The translations under genes and the position numbers were made by a program. A stretch of 64,000 nt of DNA from an uncultured Clostridia bacterium (GTDB lineage Bacteria > Bacillota > Clostridia > TANB77 > CAG-465). Numbering within the stretch: position 1 is the stretch's first letter; every line of letters begins with the position of its first letter. The notes below the pieces were generated by a model that ran no database searches, was not told the origin of the DNA, and saw only the letters and a list, made by a program, of their open reading frames with translations. The stretch covers positions 49,989-113,988 of the forward strand of contig CAKOYF010000002.1 in NCBI GenBank assembly GCA_934130595.1, written 5' to 3'. This document shows positions 39,093 to 49,387 of the stretch, piece by piece.

Positions 39093-39794
39093 ATGAATGA
39101 CAAAAAAATCTTAATAGTAGATGACGAGAAGGCAATAGTAGATATATTAAAATTTAATCTTGAAAAAGAGGGATTTACTACTACTGTAGCATATGATGGT
39201 GAAGAAGCTATTAAAATAGCATTATCTGTTAATCCAGATTTGATATTATTAGACTTAATGTTACCAAAGATTGATGGATTTAATGTATGTAAGAAATTAA
39301 GAAAAAGCTTAGTTTGCCCAATAATAATGTTAACAGCTAAAGAAGAAGTTGTGGACAAGATTATAGGATTAGAATTAGGTGCTGACGATTATATGACTAA
39401 ACCATTCAGCATAAGAGAAGTTATTGCAAGAGTAAAAGCTAATTTAAGAAAACATACTTTGCCTGAAGCTGAAGAAGATAAAAACTCTTCAAAAAATAAA
39501 ATAAAAGTTAAGGATATGATAATTGATCCTGAAAGATATATAGCAATTGTTGGTGGAAAAACAATTGATTTAACTATAAAAGAATTCGAACTATTAAAAT
39601 TATTATCTACAAATCCAAACCAAGTATTTACAAGAGAACAAATACTTAGAGGTGTTTGGGGATATGATTTTTATGGTGATGCAAGAACTGTTGATGTTAC
39701 AGTAAGAAGACTAAGAGAAAAAATAGAAAAGAATTCTGCTGAGCCACAATATGTTCAAACAAAGAGAGGAATGGGATATTACGTCTCATTATAA
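39093..39794 (+). CDS. OmpR/PhoB-family response regulator
   Basis: Receiver domain (ILIVDDE...LLDLMLPKIDG...LTAK) plus a winged-helix domain (TVDVTVRRLREKIE...VQTKRGMGY). Confidence 0.9.
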   Translation: MNDKKILIVDDEKAIVDILKFNLEKEGFTTTVAYDGEEAIKIALSVNPDLILLDLMLPKIDGFNVCKKLRKSLVCPIIMLTAKEEVVDKIIGLELGADDYMTKPFSIREVIARVKANLRKHTLPEAEEDKNSSKNKIKVKDMIIDPERYIAIVGGKTIDLTIKEFELLKLLSTNPNQVFTREQILRGVWGYDFYGDARTVDVTVRRLREKIEKNSAEPQYVQTKRGMGYYVSL

Positions 39795-39813
39795 TGCAGA
39801 AAGTGAGTAAACA

Positions 39814-41196
39814 ATGAAGGTTTCTATGAAAAAAATTATTAGAGCTATGAGTATAATTATGGTAGTTATAGTATATATAACTACCATAATTTTATCTAGT
39901 TCAGTTTTAGATACAAGTAATATATTTAATAAAAATAATATAATAGCACTAATTATTTTTGTAGCTGTAGCATATATTTGTTCTGTTATAGTTTCAAACA
40001 AGATAGTTCTACCTTTAAGAAAAATTGAAAAGGGTATGAGAGTAGTTAGTGAAGGTAAGCTTCCAGATGTATCAAGAATAAAGGAAAATGAAGATTTTAA
40101 AGAATATCATGATTTGATGGATGCATATGTTGCAATGCTTAAAGTTATAAAGAAAAATACTTTTGATTTAAATAGTCAACAAAGCAAAACAGAGATTATA
40201 CTAGAGCATATGGCAGATGGTGTTATGGCTTTTTCAACCACAAAAGAAATTGTACATATGAATAAATCTGCTATGAGAATGTTAAACATAACAAATGAAG
40301 ATGAAAACTTTGATACAATATGTCAAAAACTAAGTTTAAATATAGACTTTAGCAAAATAATGTATTTACCAAATTATCAAAGTGTTGAGATAAAGACACA
40401 AATTGGAGAAATGGCATTAAGCATTGTTTTTGCACCATTTTTTAGTGATGAACTAAGTCCAATGGGAATTATAATGATTATTAGAAATATAACAGATAGT
40501 GTTAAGACAGATAATGTAAGAAAAGAATTTGTTGCAAATGTTTCTCATGAATTAAAAACTCCATTAACATCAATAAGAGGATATTCAGAAACTATTATGA
40601 ATGGAGACTTAACATATCAAGAGATCATAAAATTCTCAAAAGTAATAAATCAAGAAGCAAATAGAATGAGTAGACTAGTATCAGATCTATTACAACTTTC
40701 TAAAATGGATTACAATAGAGTAAATTGGAATAAAGCTACTTTAAATACAGTGGATATATTGAAAAAGGTATGTGAAAAAGTAAGATTTGAAGCAGAAGAG
40801 AAAAAACATAAATTAGAATTAATCTGTGCTGAAAATACACCTACAATATATGCAGACAAAGATTCTATTGAACAAATTGTAATAAACATTTTAACAAATA
40901 GTATAAAATATACTCCAGAAGGTGGTTTAATTAGAATTTATGCAGGACCAATAGACAATAGAGTATATATAAAAGTAATAGATAATGGAATAGGAATTCC
41001 ACAAAAAGACTTAGGAAGAATTTTTGAAAGATTTTATAGAGTAGATAAAGCACGTTCTAGAAAAATGGGTGGAACAGGTTTAGGTTTATCTATTGTTAAG
41101 GAAATGGTAGATAGAAATAATGGTACTATTAATATAGATAGTAAACTTAATGAAGGAACAGAGGTAACAATGACTTTCCCTGTAAATAGAGAATAG
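39814..41196 (+). CDS. Sensor histidine kinase (TM, PAS-like, HisKA and HATPase domains)
   Basis: H-box VSHELKTPLTSIRGY. N/G boxes (NSIKYTPEGG, DNGIGIP, GGTGLGLSIV). Two N-terminal TM segments. Confidence 0.9.
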   Translation: MKVSMKKIIRAMSIIMVVIVYITTIILSSSVLDTSNIFNKNNIIALIIFVAVAYICSVIVSNKIVLPLRKIEKGMRVVSEGKLPDVSRIKENEDFKEYHDLMDAYVAMLKVIKKNTFDLNSQQSKTEIILEHMADGVMAFSTTKEIVHMNKSAMRMLNITNEDENFDTICQKLSLNIDFSKIMYLPNYQSVEIKTQIGEMALSIVFAPFFSDELSPMGIIMIIRNITDSVKTDNVRKEFVANVSHELKTPLTSIRGYSETIMNGDLTYQEIIKFSKVINQEANRMSRLVSDLLQLSKMDYNRVNWNKATLNTVDILKKVCEKVRFEAEEKKHKLELICAENTPTIYADKDSIEQIVINILTNSIKYTPEGGLIRIYAGPIDNRVYIKVIDNGIGIPQKDLGRIFERFYRVDKARSRKMGGTGLGLSIVKEMVDRNNGTINIDSKLNEGTEVTMTFPVNRE

Positions 41197-41204
41197 GAGT
41201 AAAT

Positions 41205-41975
41205 ATGAAATTTTTTGATACACATGCACATTATAATGATGAAAAATTTAATGGAATTGTAGACGAAACATTAAATGAGTGTTTTGATATAGGCGTTGAA
41301 AAAATCAACGTAGTAGGATATAATGTAGAAAGTTCAAAGAGTGCAATAGAGTTATCTAATAAATATAGTAAATTATATGCTGTAATAGGTATTCATCCAA
41401 GTGATGTAGAAAAATGCACAGTTGATGAAATTGAAAAACTATATAATGAATATAATAATGGAAAGATAGTAGCAATCGGTGAAATTGGATTAGATTACTA
41501 TTGGGTAAAAGATAATAAAGAAAAGCAAAAAGCTTTATTTATTGAACAAATAGATTTAGCAAATAAACTAAAGCTACCAATTGTAGTTCATAGTAGGGAT
41601 GCATCTCTTGATACATATTTAACATTAAAAGAGCATCCAGCTAAATATGGTACTTTGCTTCATTGCTTTTCACCTACTGAAGATTTAGTAAGGTTAGTAA
41701 TAGAAAATGGATATAAAGTTGCTTTTGGTGGAAATATAACGTATAATAGAGCTAAATCATTTAAACGTTATATGGACATGCTACCAGTAGAGCAAATAGT
41801 AATTGAAACAGATTGTCCATATCTTCCGCCTGAACCTTTAAGAGGAACAGTAAATACATCAAAAAATCTACCAATTATTTTAAATAAATTGGCAGAATAT
41901 AAAAATATTGATGTAGAAGAATTAGCTAAAATTGTATACCGAAATTCGCTTGAATTTTTCAATATAAAAGAGTAA
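41205..41975 (+). CDS. tatD: TatD-family metal-dependent hydrolase
   Basis: FDTHAHY, GEIGLDYY, VVHSRDA, ETDCPYL. Confidence 0.9.
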   Translation: MKFFDTHAHYNDEKFNGIVDETLNECFDIGVEKINVVGYNVESSKSAIELSNKYSKLYAVIGIHPSDVEKCTVDEIEKLYNEYNNGKIVAIGEIGLDYYWVKDNKEKQKALFIEQIDLANKLKLPIVVHSRDASLDTYLTLKEHPAKYGTLLHCFSPTEDLVRLVIENGYKVAFGGNITYNRAKSFKRYMDMLPVEQIVIETDCPYLPPEPLRGTVNTSKNLPIILNKLAEYKNIDVEELAKIVYRNSLEFFNIKE

Positions 41976-41998
41976 GAAATATTTCTTACTCTTTTTTC
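41968..41998. terminator. Bidirectional terminator (palindrome aagagtaagaaat/atttcttactctt)
   Basis: 13-bp palindromic arms at 41968-41993 followed by a T-run. Lies between convergent genes. Confidence 0.65.
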
Positions 41999-42463
41999 TT
42001 ACACTAATGTATTACAGTAAAAATAGAATAATACAAATGTTAAATAAAACAGAATGCTTAAATGAAAATTACAAACTGTTTGACGAACAAAAAATACGGA
42101 TAAGCATATATCTATAAAAAATGATATTAGGCATAACCAAAATGCAAATATAAAATTAGCAAATTTAAAAAGTAATAATGAAGAAAGCATTACCAATAGT
42201 ATTAAGACTAAATATATAGCAGCAATAATTAATATATTAGATTGACTATCTATGGTTTTAGAATAAACATATATGCTATAACCTAATAATATATAAAAAA
42301 TAGGATATATTAGTTTTAGGCTAATATAGTTTTTAGTTATACTGTGTATGTTTATTTTTAAGTTAGATATATCTAAACATATAAGAGAATGTATAATCAA
42401 ACAAATAAATGTTAAAGTAAGTATAAAGGCGAATACTTTAGCATAATATGTGAATATTTTCAA
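41999..42463 (-). CDS. Hypothetical integral membrane protein (154 aa, about 4 TM)
   Basis: ORF composed almost entirely of hydrophobic segments. No motif. Confidence 0.4.
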   Translation of the reverse strand: MKIFTYYAKVFAFILTLTFICLIIHSLICLDISNLKINIHSITKNYISLKLIYPIFYILLGYSIYVYSKTIDSQSNILIIAAIYLVLILLVMLSSLLLFKFANFIFAFWLCLISFFIDICLSVFFVRQTVCNFHLSILFYLTFVLFYFYCNTLV

Positions 42464-42514
42464 TTCGAATCACCATATATATTATGTACAAAAAAATAGA
42501 GTAATATTTATATA

Positions 42515-43024
42515 TTACTCTACATATCCAATATATGGTAAGTTTCTATATTTTTCATTATAGTCTAATCCATATCCTATTACGAACTTATCTGGAATTT
42601 CAAAACATGTATAGTCTGGATTTAAATCCACAACTCTACGTTCTTTTTTGTCTAGAAGTGTACAGATTTTTACACTCTTAGGAGATTTTTTTAGTAAATA
42701 ACTTTTTAGAAAACTTAATGTTCTTCCAGTATCTATGATGTCTTCTAGTATAATAACATTTTTATTTGTTATATCTGTTGAAACGTCTAAAGTAAAATTA
42801 ATTTTACCAGAGCTTTCTGTACCAGAATAACTTGAAACTTTTACAAAGTCCATAATTGTTGAAAGTGATATATTCTTAGCAAGCTCTGTTGTAAAAAATA
42901 CAGCACCTTTTAGAGTACATATAAGGACAATTTCTTCATTTTCATAGTCTTTTTCTATTTGCTTAGCTATTTCTTTAATACGATTTTGAATTTCTTTCTC
43001 ACTAATTAAAACTTTAATGTTCAT
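42515..43024 (-). CDS. hpt: Hypoxanthine-guanine phosphoribosyltransferase
   Basis: PRPP-binding motif VIILEDIIDTGRTL. KVSSY and GYGLDY motifs. Confidence 0.92.
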   Translation of the reverse strand: MNIKVLISEKEIQNRIKEIAKQIEKDYENEEIVLICTLKGAVFFTTELAKNISLSTIMDFVKVSSYSGTESSGKINFTLDVSTDITNKNVIILEDIIDTGRTLSFLKSYLLKKSPKSVKICTLLDKKERRVVDLNPDYTCFEIPDKFVIGYGLDYNEKYRNLPYIGYVE

Positions 43025-43119
43025 AGAATATCCTCCTTGTGTGCTAGAATTATATCATAAACATAATATATAAACAACTAAAATTAGACTATTTATGATA
43101 TGGTAAAAAGTATAATTGG

Positions 43120-43148
43120 TTGACATAAAGGTAAAAAAATGGTATAAT
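43120..43148 (+). promoter_or_regulatory. Perfect consensus sigma-A promoter with a TG extension
   Basis: TTGACA (43120-43125), 17-nt spacer ending in TGG, TATAAT (43143-43148). Confidence 0.65.
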
Positions 43149-43206
43149 ATTGGTGGAGCTTTGATAAAATAGCATATTTTTTAAATAAAAAAATGGAGGT
43201 GTGTAT

Positions 43207-44109
43207 ATGAAAGAAAAGCTAAGGAAAGTGATTTCTTCAAACTTCGTATTTTATGGAGCGGTTTTAATTATTATCATTGCAGCTGGGTATTTCTTTTATG
43301 CCTATAGACATGCAGATGAAGTTAAAGTGGAAAGCTTAAAAGAGGAATCGGCATATCCGGTATATAGTGGCAGAAATGTTTATGAGTACTGGAGAAGTAC
43401 TTTGTCTGAAAATCAGCAAGTGCTTTATGATGAAATTAAAGAGACAGAATTACAGTTTAAGAAAGAATTCTCAACACAAGCAAAAGGAGAGATAACACAA
43501 AATGATTTAAGTGAGACTTTCACTGCAGTTAAGCTAGATCATCCAGAGATTTTCTGGATTAATACGTATAACAATAGCTTAACGTTGAAAGATACTGTAA
43601 ACAAAAATAGAAAAATTGAGATTATATACAAGTATAATCTTAGTGAAGCTAAAGAAATAAAGTCAGAAATAGAAAAAAGCTATCAACCAATAATTGATGG
43701 TGCAATGCAACAAGAAAATGACTTTAAGAAAATTAAGTATGTCCATGATGAATTAATTAAGCTAGCTACATATCAAATGTATGAAGATGACCAAATACAT
43801 GACTATCAAACAATTATCTCAATTTTTAGAGATAAAAAGACAGTATGTGCTGGATACACACATGGCTTTAAATTTATTATGGATAAATTGGGGATAGATT
43901 CTGTGTCTGTGATGGATGCTGTAAACGATGATCCTATGGAAAATCATATTTGGAACATGGTAAATCTTTATGGCAAATGGTACAACTTAGACATAACCTA
44001 TGATAGACATTACACTGAAGGAGAGGTTGTAGCATACAATTATTTTCTAAAAGATAACGATACATTTTATGTAAGTCATAAAATGCCAAAAAATATCCCA
44101 GAAAATTAG
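43207..44109 (+). CDS. Membrane-anchored transglutaminase-like (Cys-His-Asp) protein
   Basis: N-terminal TM. KKTVCAGYTHGFKFIM (Cys nucleophile), NHIWNMV (His), NLDITYD (Asp). Confidence 0.6.
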   Translation: MKEKLRKVISSNFVFYGAVLIIIIAAGYFFYAYRHADEVKVESLKEESAYPVYSGRNVYEYWRSTLSENQQVLYDEIKETELQFKKEFSTQAKGEITQNDLSETFTAVKLDHPEIFWINTYNNSLTLKDTVNKNRKIEIIYKYNLSEAKEIKSEIEKSYQPIIDGAMQQENDFKKIKYVHDELIKLATYQMYEDDQIHDYQTIISIFRDKKTVCAGYTHGFKFIMDKLGIDSVSVMDAVNDDPMENHIWNMVNLYGKWYNLDITYDRHYTEGEVVAYNYFLKDNDTFYVSHKMPKNIPEN

Positions 44110-44244
44110 CAAAAGGAGTAAGTAATAACTTACTTCTTTTTTTATTCAAATAAAGAAAAGTATCAATCAATAAGGTTACATAACTTTACTTTTTGCCTAA
44201 AATATGGTATAATAGAAATGTAGTGATTTTAAGGAGAAGAGACA

Positions 44245-44547
44245 ATGGAAGATGCAAAAATAAATGTACTAATTAATGAAGAAAGATATGATGATGCAAT
44301 AGAGCTAATGAAAGAAAAGTATGTAGATCTATTTGATAAAATGTTAAATGAAAAAAATGTAGAAACTCCTAAAAATAGGGATTTTTATTGTTATACAACT
44401 AAAATAATGAATGAGTATCCAAATCTTTTAGGATGTATACAAATGCTAAGAAAAGGCATAATAAATGAAGATTTCAGTTATTTAAATGAAATCGAATTAT
44501 TAAAAAACACATATAATTTCATAAAAGTAAATCAAGAAGCTATATAA
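44245..44547 (+). CDS. Hypothetical protein (100 aa)
   Basis: ORF with RBS AAGGAGAAGAG and its own terminator. No motif. Confidence 0.45.
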   Translation: MEDAKINVLINEERYDDAIELMKEKYVDLFDKMLNEKNVETPKNRDFYCYTTKIMNEYPNLLGCIQMLRKGIINEDFSYLNEIELLKNTYNFIKVNQEAI

Positions 44548-44568
44548 TAAATGTAGCTTCTTTTTTTA
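44534..44568 (+). terminator. Rho-independent terminator
   Basis: aagaagcta (44534-44542) / tagcttctt (44554-44562) plus a T-run. Confidence 0.65.
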
Positions 44569-44623
44569 TTTTATTTTATTTATTTATATTTTGTGGTATA
44601 ATTTTTTTACGGAGGAATGAGAT

Positions 44624-47254
44624 ATGAAATACTATGATGTAGATAAGCAAAAAGTTTTAGAATCACTTGAAACAAGTGAAGATGGATTATCTAGTGATGA
44701 GGCTAAAGCTAGACTCACAAGATATGGTGCTAACAAGTTAAAAGAAACAAATAAAAAAAGCAATATTTCAAAATTTTTTGATCAATTTAAAGATTTAATG
44801 ATAATTATATTAATTGTAGCAGCTATCTTTTCAGCAATAAGTTCATACTTAAATCATGAAAGCTATACAGATACAATTGTAATTTTAGCAGTTGTAATAA
44901 TTAATGCTATAATGGGATTTGTTCAAGAAATAAAGGCTGAATCTGCAGTAGAAAGCCTTAAGAAAATGACTACTCCTAGTGCAAAGGTAAAAAGAAATGG
45001 AAAGATAATGGTATGCTCTTCAGAAGATATTGTACCAGGAGATATAATTGAGCTTGAAGCTGGAGACAGAGTACCAGCTGATGCAAGAGTTATATGGGAA
45101 GTTGCTTCAAGTGTAGACGAGTCAATGCTTACTGGAGAAAGTGAAATGGTAAAGAAAAATCCAGATAGTGTTGATACTAATTCACAGATAAATGAAAGAA
45201 CAAATATGATTTATTCTGGTTGTAATGTAGTATATGGAAAGATTACAGCTGTAGTTACTTCTACAGGTATGAATACAGAGCTTGGAAAAATAGCTTCTTC
45301 AATTCAAAAAGATAAAGAGGTATTATCTCCACTTCAAATAAAAATAAATAATATTAGTAAGGTACTATCTATTATAATAGCAATTATTATATGTATGCTT
45401 TTAGTATATGGTATTGTTATGAAAAATAGCATATTAGAAATAATAATGCTTTGTATTTCTTTAGCAGTAGCAGCAATACCAGAAGGGTTACCTGCTGTAA
45501 TTACTATTGCATTATCATTAGGTACTACATCTATGGCTAAGAAAAATACTATAGTAAGAAAGATATCAGCAGTAGAAACACTAGGATCTATAGATGTAAT
45601 TTGCTCAGATAAAACAGGTACTATTACTCAAAATAAAATGACAGTAAAGGAAGTAATATTTAATAATAAGAATTATAAAGTTGAAAAAGAACCAATAGAA
45701 AATAGTGATTTGTTAATTAACATGATGGTATTATGCAATGATACAAAAACTGACGATGAAGATAAAACTAATTTAATAGGTGATCCTACAGAAACAGCAT
45801 TATTTAAATATGCTTTAGATAGAGGATATAATCCTAAGTATATAGTAGAATCTAACAAAAGAATAGGAGAAATTCCATTTGATTCAGATAGAAAAATGAT
45901 GACTACTATAAATGAACTTAATGGTAAAATAGTTGTTATTACCAAAGGAAGTTTAGATTCGTTAGTAAGCAAGTGTAGTAATTATATAGAAAATAACGAA
46001 ACATTTAAAATGTCAAAAGAAGAAATTGAGACAATACAAAAATTTGAGAAAGATATGGCACAAAAGTCTTTAAGAGTTTTAGGATTTGCGTATAAAGTAA
46101 TAGATGAGTTACCAAAATCTCAAGAAGAAATTTTAGATCTTGAAGATGAACTAACTTTTGTTGGTATGGTTGGAATGATGGATCCGCCTAGAGAAACAGT
46201 AAAAGAGTCAATAAGAGTATGTAAAGAGGCCGGAATAAGACCTGTTATGATTACAGGTGATAGCTTAAGTACAGCTACAGCTATTGCAAAAGAAATTGGT
46301 ATACTTGAAGAAGGTCATATGGCAATCGAAGGAAAGAAAATTGACGAGTTAAGTGATGAACAATTAATAAAGGAAGTTGAAAAATACAGTGTATATGCTA
46401 GAGTACAACCTGAACATAAGGTAAGAATAGTAAAAGCTTGGCAAGCTAAACAAAAGGTTGTTGCAATGACTGGGGATGGTGTTAATGATGCTCCAGCAAT
46501 AAAACTATCACATGTAGGAATTGGTATGGGTAAAACAGGTACTGAAGTTACAAAAAGTGTAGCAGATGTAGTTCTTGTAGATGATAGTTTTAGTACTATA
46601 GTAGATGCTGTTGAAGAAGGTAGAAAGATTTATGATAATATTAGAAATGATATTATATATTCACTATCAAGTAACTTTGCAGAAATGATTATTGTTATAG
46701 CAGGATTATTAATGAAAGTAGAAATATTCTTACCAATTCATATTTTATATATAGACTTGGCTACTGATTCTATACCTTCTATATGTCTTGCTTTTGAAAA
46801 ATCTGCAAAAGGAATAATGAAAAGAAAACCAAAACCTGTAAATAGACCATTCTTTACACCATTTATAATAGCAACACTTGCTATTTCAGCACTATTTGAA
46901 GGAATTTCTGGACTATTAGTATATCATTTTTCTAAATTACAATATGGAGCGGATATAGCACAAACTATGACTTTCTTATGTATTATTCTTCAAGAAATGG
47001 TATATGCAGTAAATTGTAGAAATCTTAAAGAGCCAATTGTAAAACAAGGTATATTTTCAAATAAAGCTATGAATATTGGTATGCTTATATTAATATTAAT
47101 GCAAGTACTTGTATTTAGTACACCGATTGGAAGCTTATTTAAAATAACACCTTTAAATTTAACGCAAGTTTTAATTGTTGTTATTGTAAATATAGTAGCA
47201 TTTCTATTCATTGAGTTATCTAAACCAATAATCAAAAAATTATTTAAAGATTAA
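44624..47254 (+). CDS. P2-type cation-transporting ATPase (Ca2+ pump-like)
   Basis: TGES, phosphorylation site CSDKTGTITQN, AAIPEGLPAV, MITGD, TGDGVNDAPA. Ten predicted TM segments. Confidence 0.93.
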   Translation: MKYYDVDKQKVLESLETSEDGLSSDEAKARLTRYGANKLKETNKKSNISKFFDQFKDLMIIILIVAAIFSAISSYLNHESYTDTIVILAVVIINAIMGFVQEIKAESAVESLKKMTTPSAKVKRNGKIMVCSSEDIVPGDIIELEAGDRVPADARVIWEVASSVDESMLTGESEMVKKNPDSVDTNSQINERTNMIYSGCNVVYGKITAVVTSTGMNTELGKIASSIQKDKEVLSPLQIKINNISKVLSIIIAIIICMLLVYGIVMKNSILEIIMLCISLAVAAIPEGLPAVITIALSLGTTSMAKKNTIVRKISAVETLGSIDVICSDKTGTITQNKMTVKEVIFNNKNYKVEKEPIENSDLLINMMVLCNDTKTDDEDKTNLIGDPTETALFKYALDRGYNPKYIVESNKRIGEIPFDSDRKMMTTINELNGKIVVITKGSLDSLVSKCSNYIENNETFKMSKEEIETIQKFEKDMAQKSLRVLGFAYKVIDELPKSQEEILDLEDELTFVGMVGMMDPPRETVKESIRVCKEAGIRPVMITGDSLSTATAIAKEIGILEEGHMAIEGKKIDELSDEQLIKEVEKYSVYARVQPEHKVRIVKAWQAKQKVVAMTGDGVNDAPAIKLSHVGIGMGKTGTEVTKSVADVVLVDDSFSTIVDAVEEGRKIYDNIRNDIIYSLSSNFAEMIIVIAGLLMKVEIFLPIHILYIDLATDSIPSICLAFEKSAKGIMKRKPKPVNRPFFTPFIIATLAISALFEGISGLLVYHFSKLQYGADIAQTMTFLCIILQEMVYAVNCRNLKEPIVKQGIFSNKAMNIGMLILILMQVLVFSTPIGSLFKITPLNLTQVLIVVIVNIVAFLFIELSKPIIKKLFKD

Positions 47255-47263
47255 TAAATAAAA

Positions 47264-47307
47264 ATAAATGTATATGTATGTAAAATTACTATACATTTAT
47301 TTTTTTC
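47264..47307 (+). terminator. Rho-independent terminator
   Basis: ataaatgtata (47264-47274) / tatacatttat (47290-47300) plus T6. Confidence 0.65.
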
Positions 47308-47364
47308 TTTATTTTTATTGACTAATGATGTATAATTATTTAAGGAAAAAGGAGAATAAAAGAC

Positions 47365-48564
47365 ATGGCAAATAATAAGATTGTACCTATTACTCTACTT
47401 ACAGGGTATTTAGGATCAGGAAAAACAACATTAATAAATCATATACTAAATAATCAAGAGGGATATAAAGTTGCAGTAATAGTTAATGATATCGGTGAAG
47501 TAAATATTGACGCAGACTTAATATCAAAAGGTGGAGTTGTTAATCAAACAGATGATAGCTTAGTACCTTTAACAAATGGATGTATATGTTGTACATTAAA
47601 AGTTGATTTAATGCAACAAATAGTAGATTTAATTAAAACAGGACAATTTGATTATATTTTAATTGAAGCTAGTGGAATATGTGAACCAATTCCAATTGCA
47701 CAAACAATAACAGTCTTATCTGAATCAACTGAACAATATGGATTACCTAAGATATGTAGACTAGATAACGTTGTTTCAGTAGTTGATGCTTTAAGACTAG
47801 CAAGTGAATTTGGATGTGGTGAAAACTTAGTAAAAGAAGATATAGAAGATGAAGATATAGAGAATCTTCTTATTCAACAAATTGAATTTTGTAATATAAT
47901 AATATTAAATAAAGTAGATGAAATATCAAAAGAAGAATTACAAAAAGTTAAAGCAATAATTAAGAAATTACAACCTAATGCACAAATAATAGAAACAAAC
48001 TATGGTAAAGTTGATACAGATAAACTTTTAAATACAAATCTTTTTGATTTTAACAAAGCATCTGTTAGTGCTGGATGGGTTGAAGAACTTGAAAGAGATG
48101 ACGTAGAAGAAGATGACGACGATGATGACGATCATGATCATGATCACGAGCACGAACATTCTCATCACCATCACCACGACGAAACTGAAACAGAAGAGTA
48201 TGGAATAAGTTCTTTCGTATACTATAGAAGAAAACCTTTTAGAGCGAAGAAATTTGAAAAATTCTTAGATGAATTTCCAAAGAATATAATAAGAGCTAAA
48301 GGATTAGTTTGGTTAAGTGATGATGATTATATGTCTTATTGCTTCGAACAAGCCGGAAAACAAAAGACAATATCTGAAGCTGGCCAATGGATTGCAGCTG
48401 CACCAAAATCTGAAATAGATAAAATATTAAGATATAATCCAGATATTGAAAAAATATGGGATAAATCATGTGGCGATAGAATGAATAAAATAGTATTTAT
48501 TGGAAAAGACATGAACAAAGAAGAAATAATAAAAAGATTAGATGAATGTCTATCAGAGATTTAG
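47365..48564 (+). CDS. COG0523 (CobW/YjiA/ZigA-type) GTPase metallochaperone with an Asp/His-rich insert
   Basis: P-loop GYLGSGKTTL, metal motif GCICCTLK, tract DDDDDDDHDHDHEHEHSHHHHHDE, CobW C-terminal domain. Confidence 0.88.
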   Translation: MANNKIVPITLLTGYLGSGKTTLINHILNNQEGYKVAVIVNDIGEVNIDADLISKGGVVNQTDDSLVPLTNGCICCTLKVDLMQQIVDLIKTGQFDYILIEASGICEPIPIAQTITVLSESTEQYGLPKICRLDNVVSVVDALRLASEFGCGENLVKEDIEDEDIENLLIQQIEFCNIIILNKVDEISKEELQKVKAIIKKLQPNAQIIETNYGKVDTDKLLNTNLFDFNKASVSAGWVEELERDDVEEDDDDDDDHDHDHEHEHSHHHHHDETETEEYGISSFVYYRRKPFRAKKFEKFLDEFPKNIIRAKGLVWLSDDDYMSYCFEQAGKQKTISEAGQWIAAAPKSEIDKILRYNPDIEKIWDKSCGDRMNKIVFIGKDMNKEEIIKRLDECLSEI

Positions 48565-48578
48565 TATATGATTTTTTT

Positions 48579-48608
48579 AGAGTAGGTAAATTAAACCTAC
48601 TCTTTTTC
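48579..48608 (+). terminator. Rho-independent terminator
   Basis: agagtaggt / acctactct hairpin plus T5. Confidence 0.7.
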
Positions 48609-48698
48609 TATTGAACAATTTCTATAAATTATAGTATAATATAAACATATGTAGTATTAATCAATTAAATATTGCAATTAAGACAATGAGGTATGCGT

Positions 48699-49361
48699 AT
48701 GAATTATTATGAAATTTTGGAAGTTAGTACAAATGCATCTAAAGAGGTTATAAAAAATGCATATAGAGCTTTGATAAAAAAATATCATCCAGATTCATAT
48801 ACTGGAGATAAAGAATTTGCTCAAGAAAAAGTAAAAGAAATAAATGAAGCATATGAAACTCTAATTGATGATGATAAAAGATTATTATATGACTATGATA
48901 ATGGATTTAAAATAGATCCAAATGCACCAAAAGAAGAGGAGCAAATTACTGTTACATATGAAACAGAAGAACCCAAAGTAAAACAAGAAGAAAAAGCAAA
49001 GTTTGATATAAGGAGTTTCTTAAAAAATAAAAAGGCAGTTGTGTTTTCTGTAATAGTATTATTTATATGTGCTTTTTCTATTGGACTAATTATTGCAGGA
49101 AAGACTGGGGAAGATGTGGATAGTAACAAAGATACAACTAATGAAGTAGTAGAAAACAAGACTGTAGATAAAGAATATCATGAAAATAATAATACATATA
49201 AACAAAATAATAAAACTAATACGAATACAAATACTACAACTAAAGTAGAAGATAACAAGACAAATAATGATAATAAACAAAATACTATACCAAAAGATAA
49301 TACAGTAGATAAAAATGATCAAAATAATAGTTCAGTTGACAATACTGGAGGAATATCATAA
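48699..49361 (+). CDS. J-domain protein with a central TM helix and an Asn/Thr-rich tail
   Basis: NYYEILEV...YHPDS J-domain, [24 protein letters not shown], low-complexity C-terminus. Confidence 0.72.
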   Translation: MNYYEILEVSTNASKEVIKNAYRALIKKYHPDSYTGDKEFAQEKVKEINEAYETLIDDDKRLLYDYDNGFKIDPNAPKEEEQITVTYETEEPKVKQEEKAKFDIRSFLKNKKAVVFSVIVLFICAFSIGLIIAGKTGEDVDSNKDTTNEVVENKTVDKEYHENNNTYKQNNKTNTNTNTTTKVEDNKTNNDNKQNTIPKDNTVDKNDQNNSSVDNTGGIS

Positions 49362-49387
49362 AAAAAGTCGCTTATGCGACTTTTTTT
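49361..49387. terminator. Bidirectional terminator
   Basis: aaaaaagtcgc / gcgactttttt stem with loop ttat. Confidence 0.8.

Noticed and set aside
43025-43200. A possible purine riboswitch upstream of hpt (minus strand).
   Set aside because: The hpt leader is short, and I could not find the conserved purine-riboswitch core (the junction sequences of the three-way helix). The region instead carries the divergent promoter of the transglutaminase-like gene.
48112-48183. A GAT/GAC/CAT/CAC-rich tract that looks like a microsatellite.
   Set aside because: It is in frame and encodes the Asp/His metal-binding insert typical of COG0523 chaperones. The codons alternate rather than forming a pure repeat unit.
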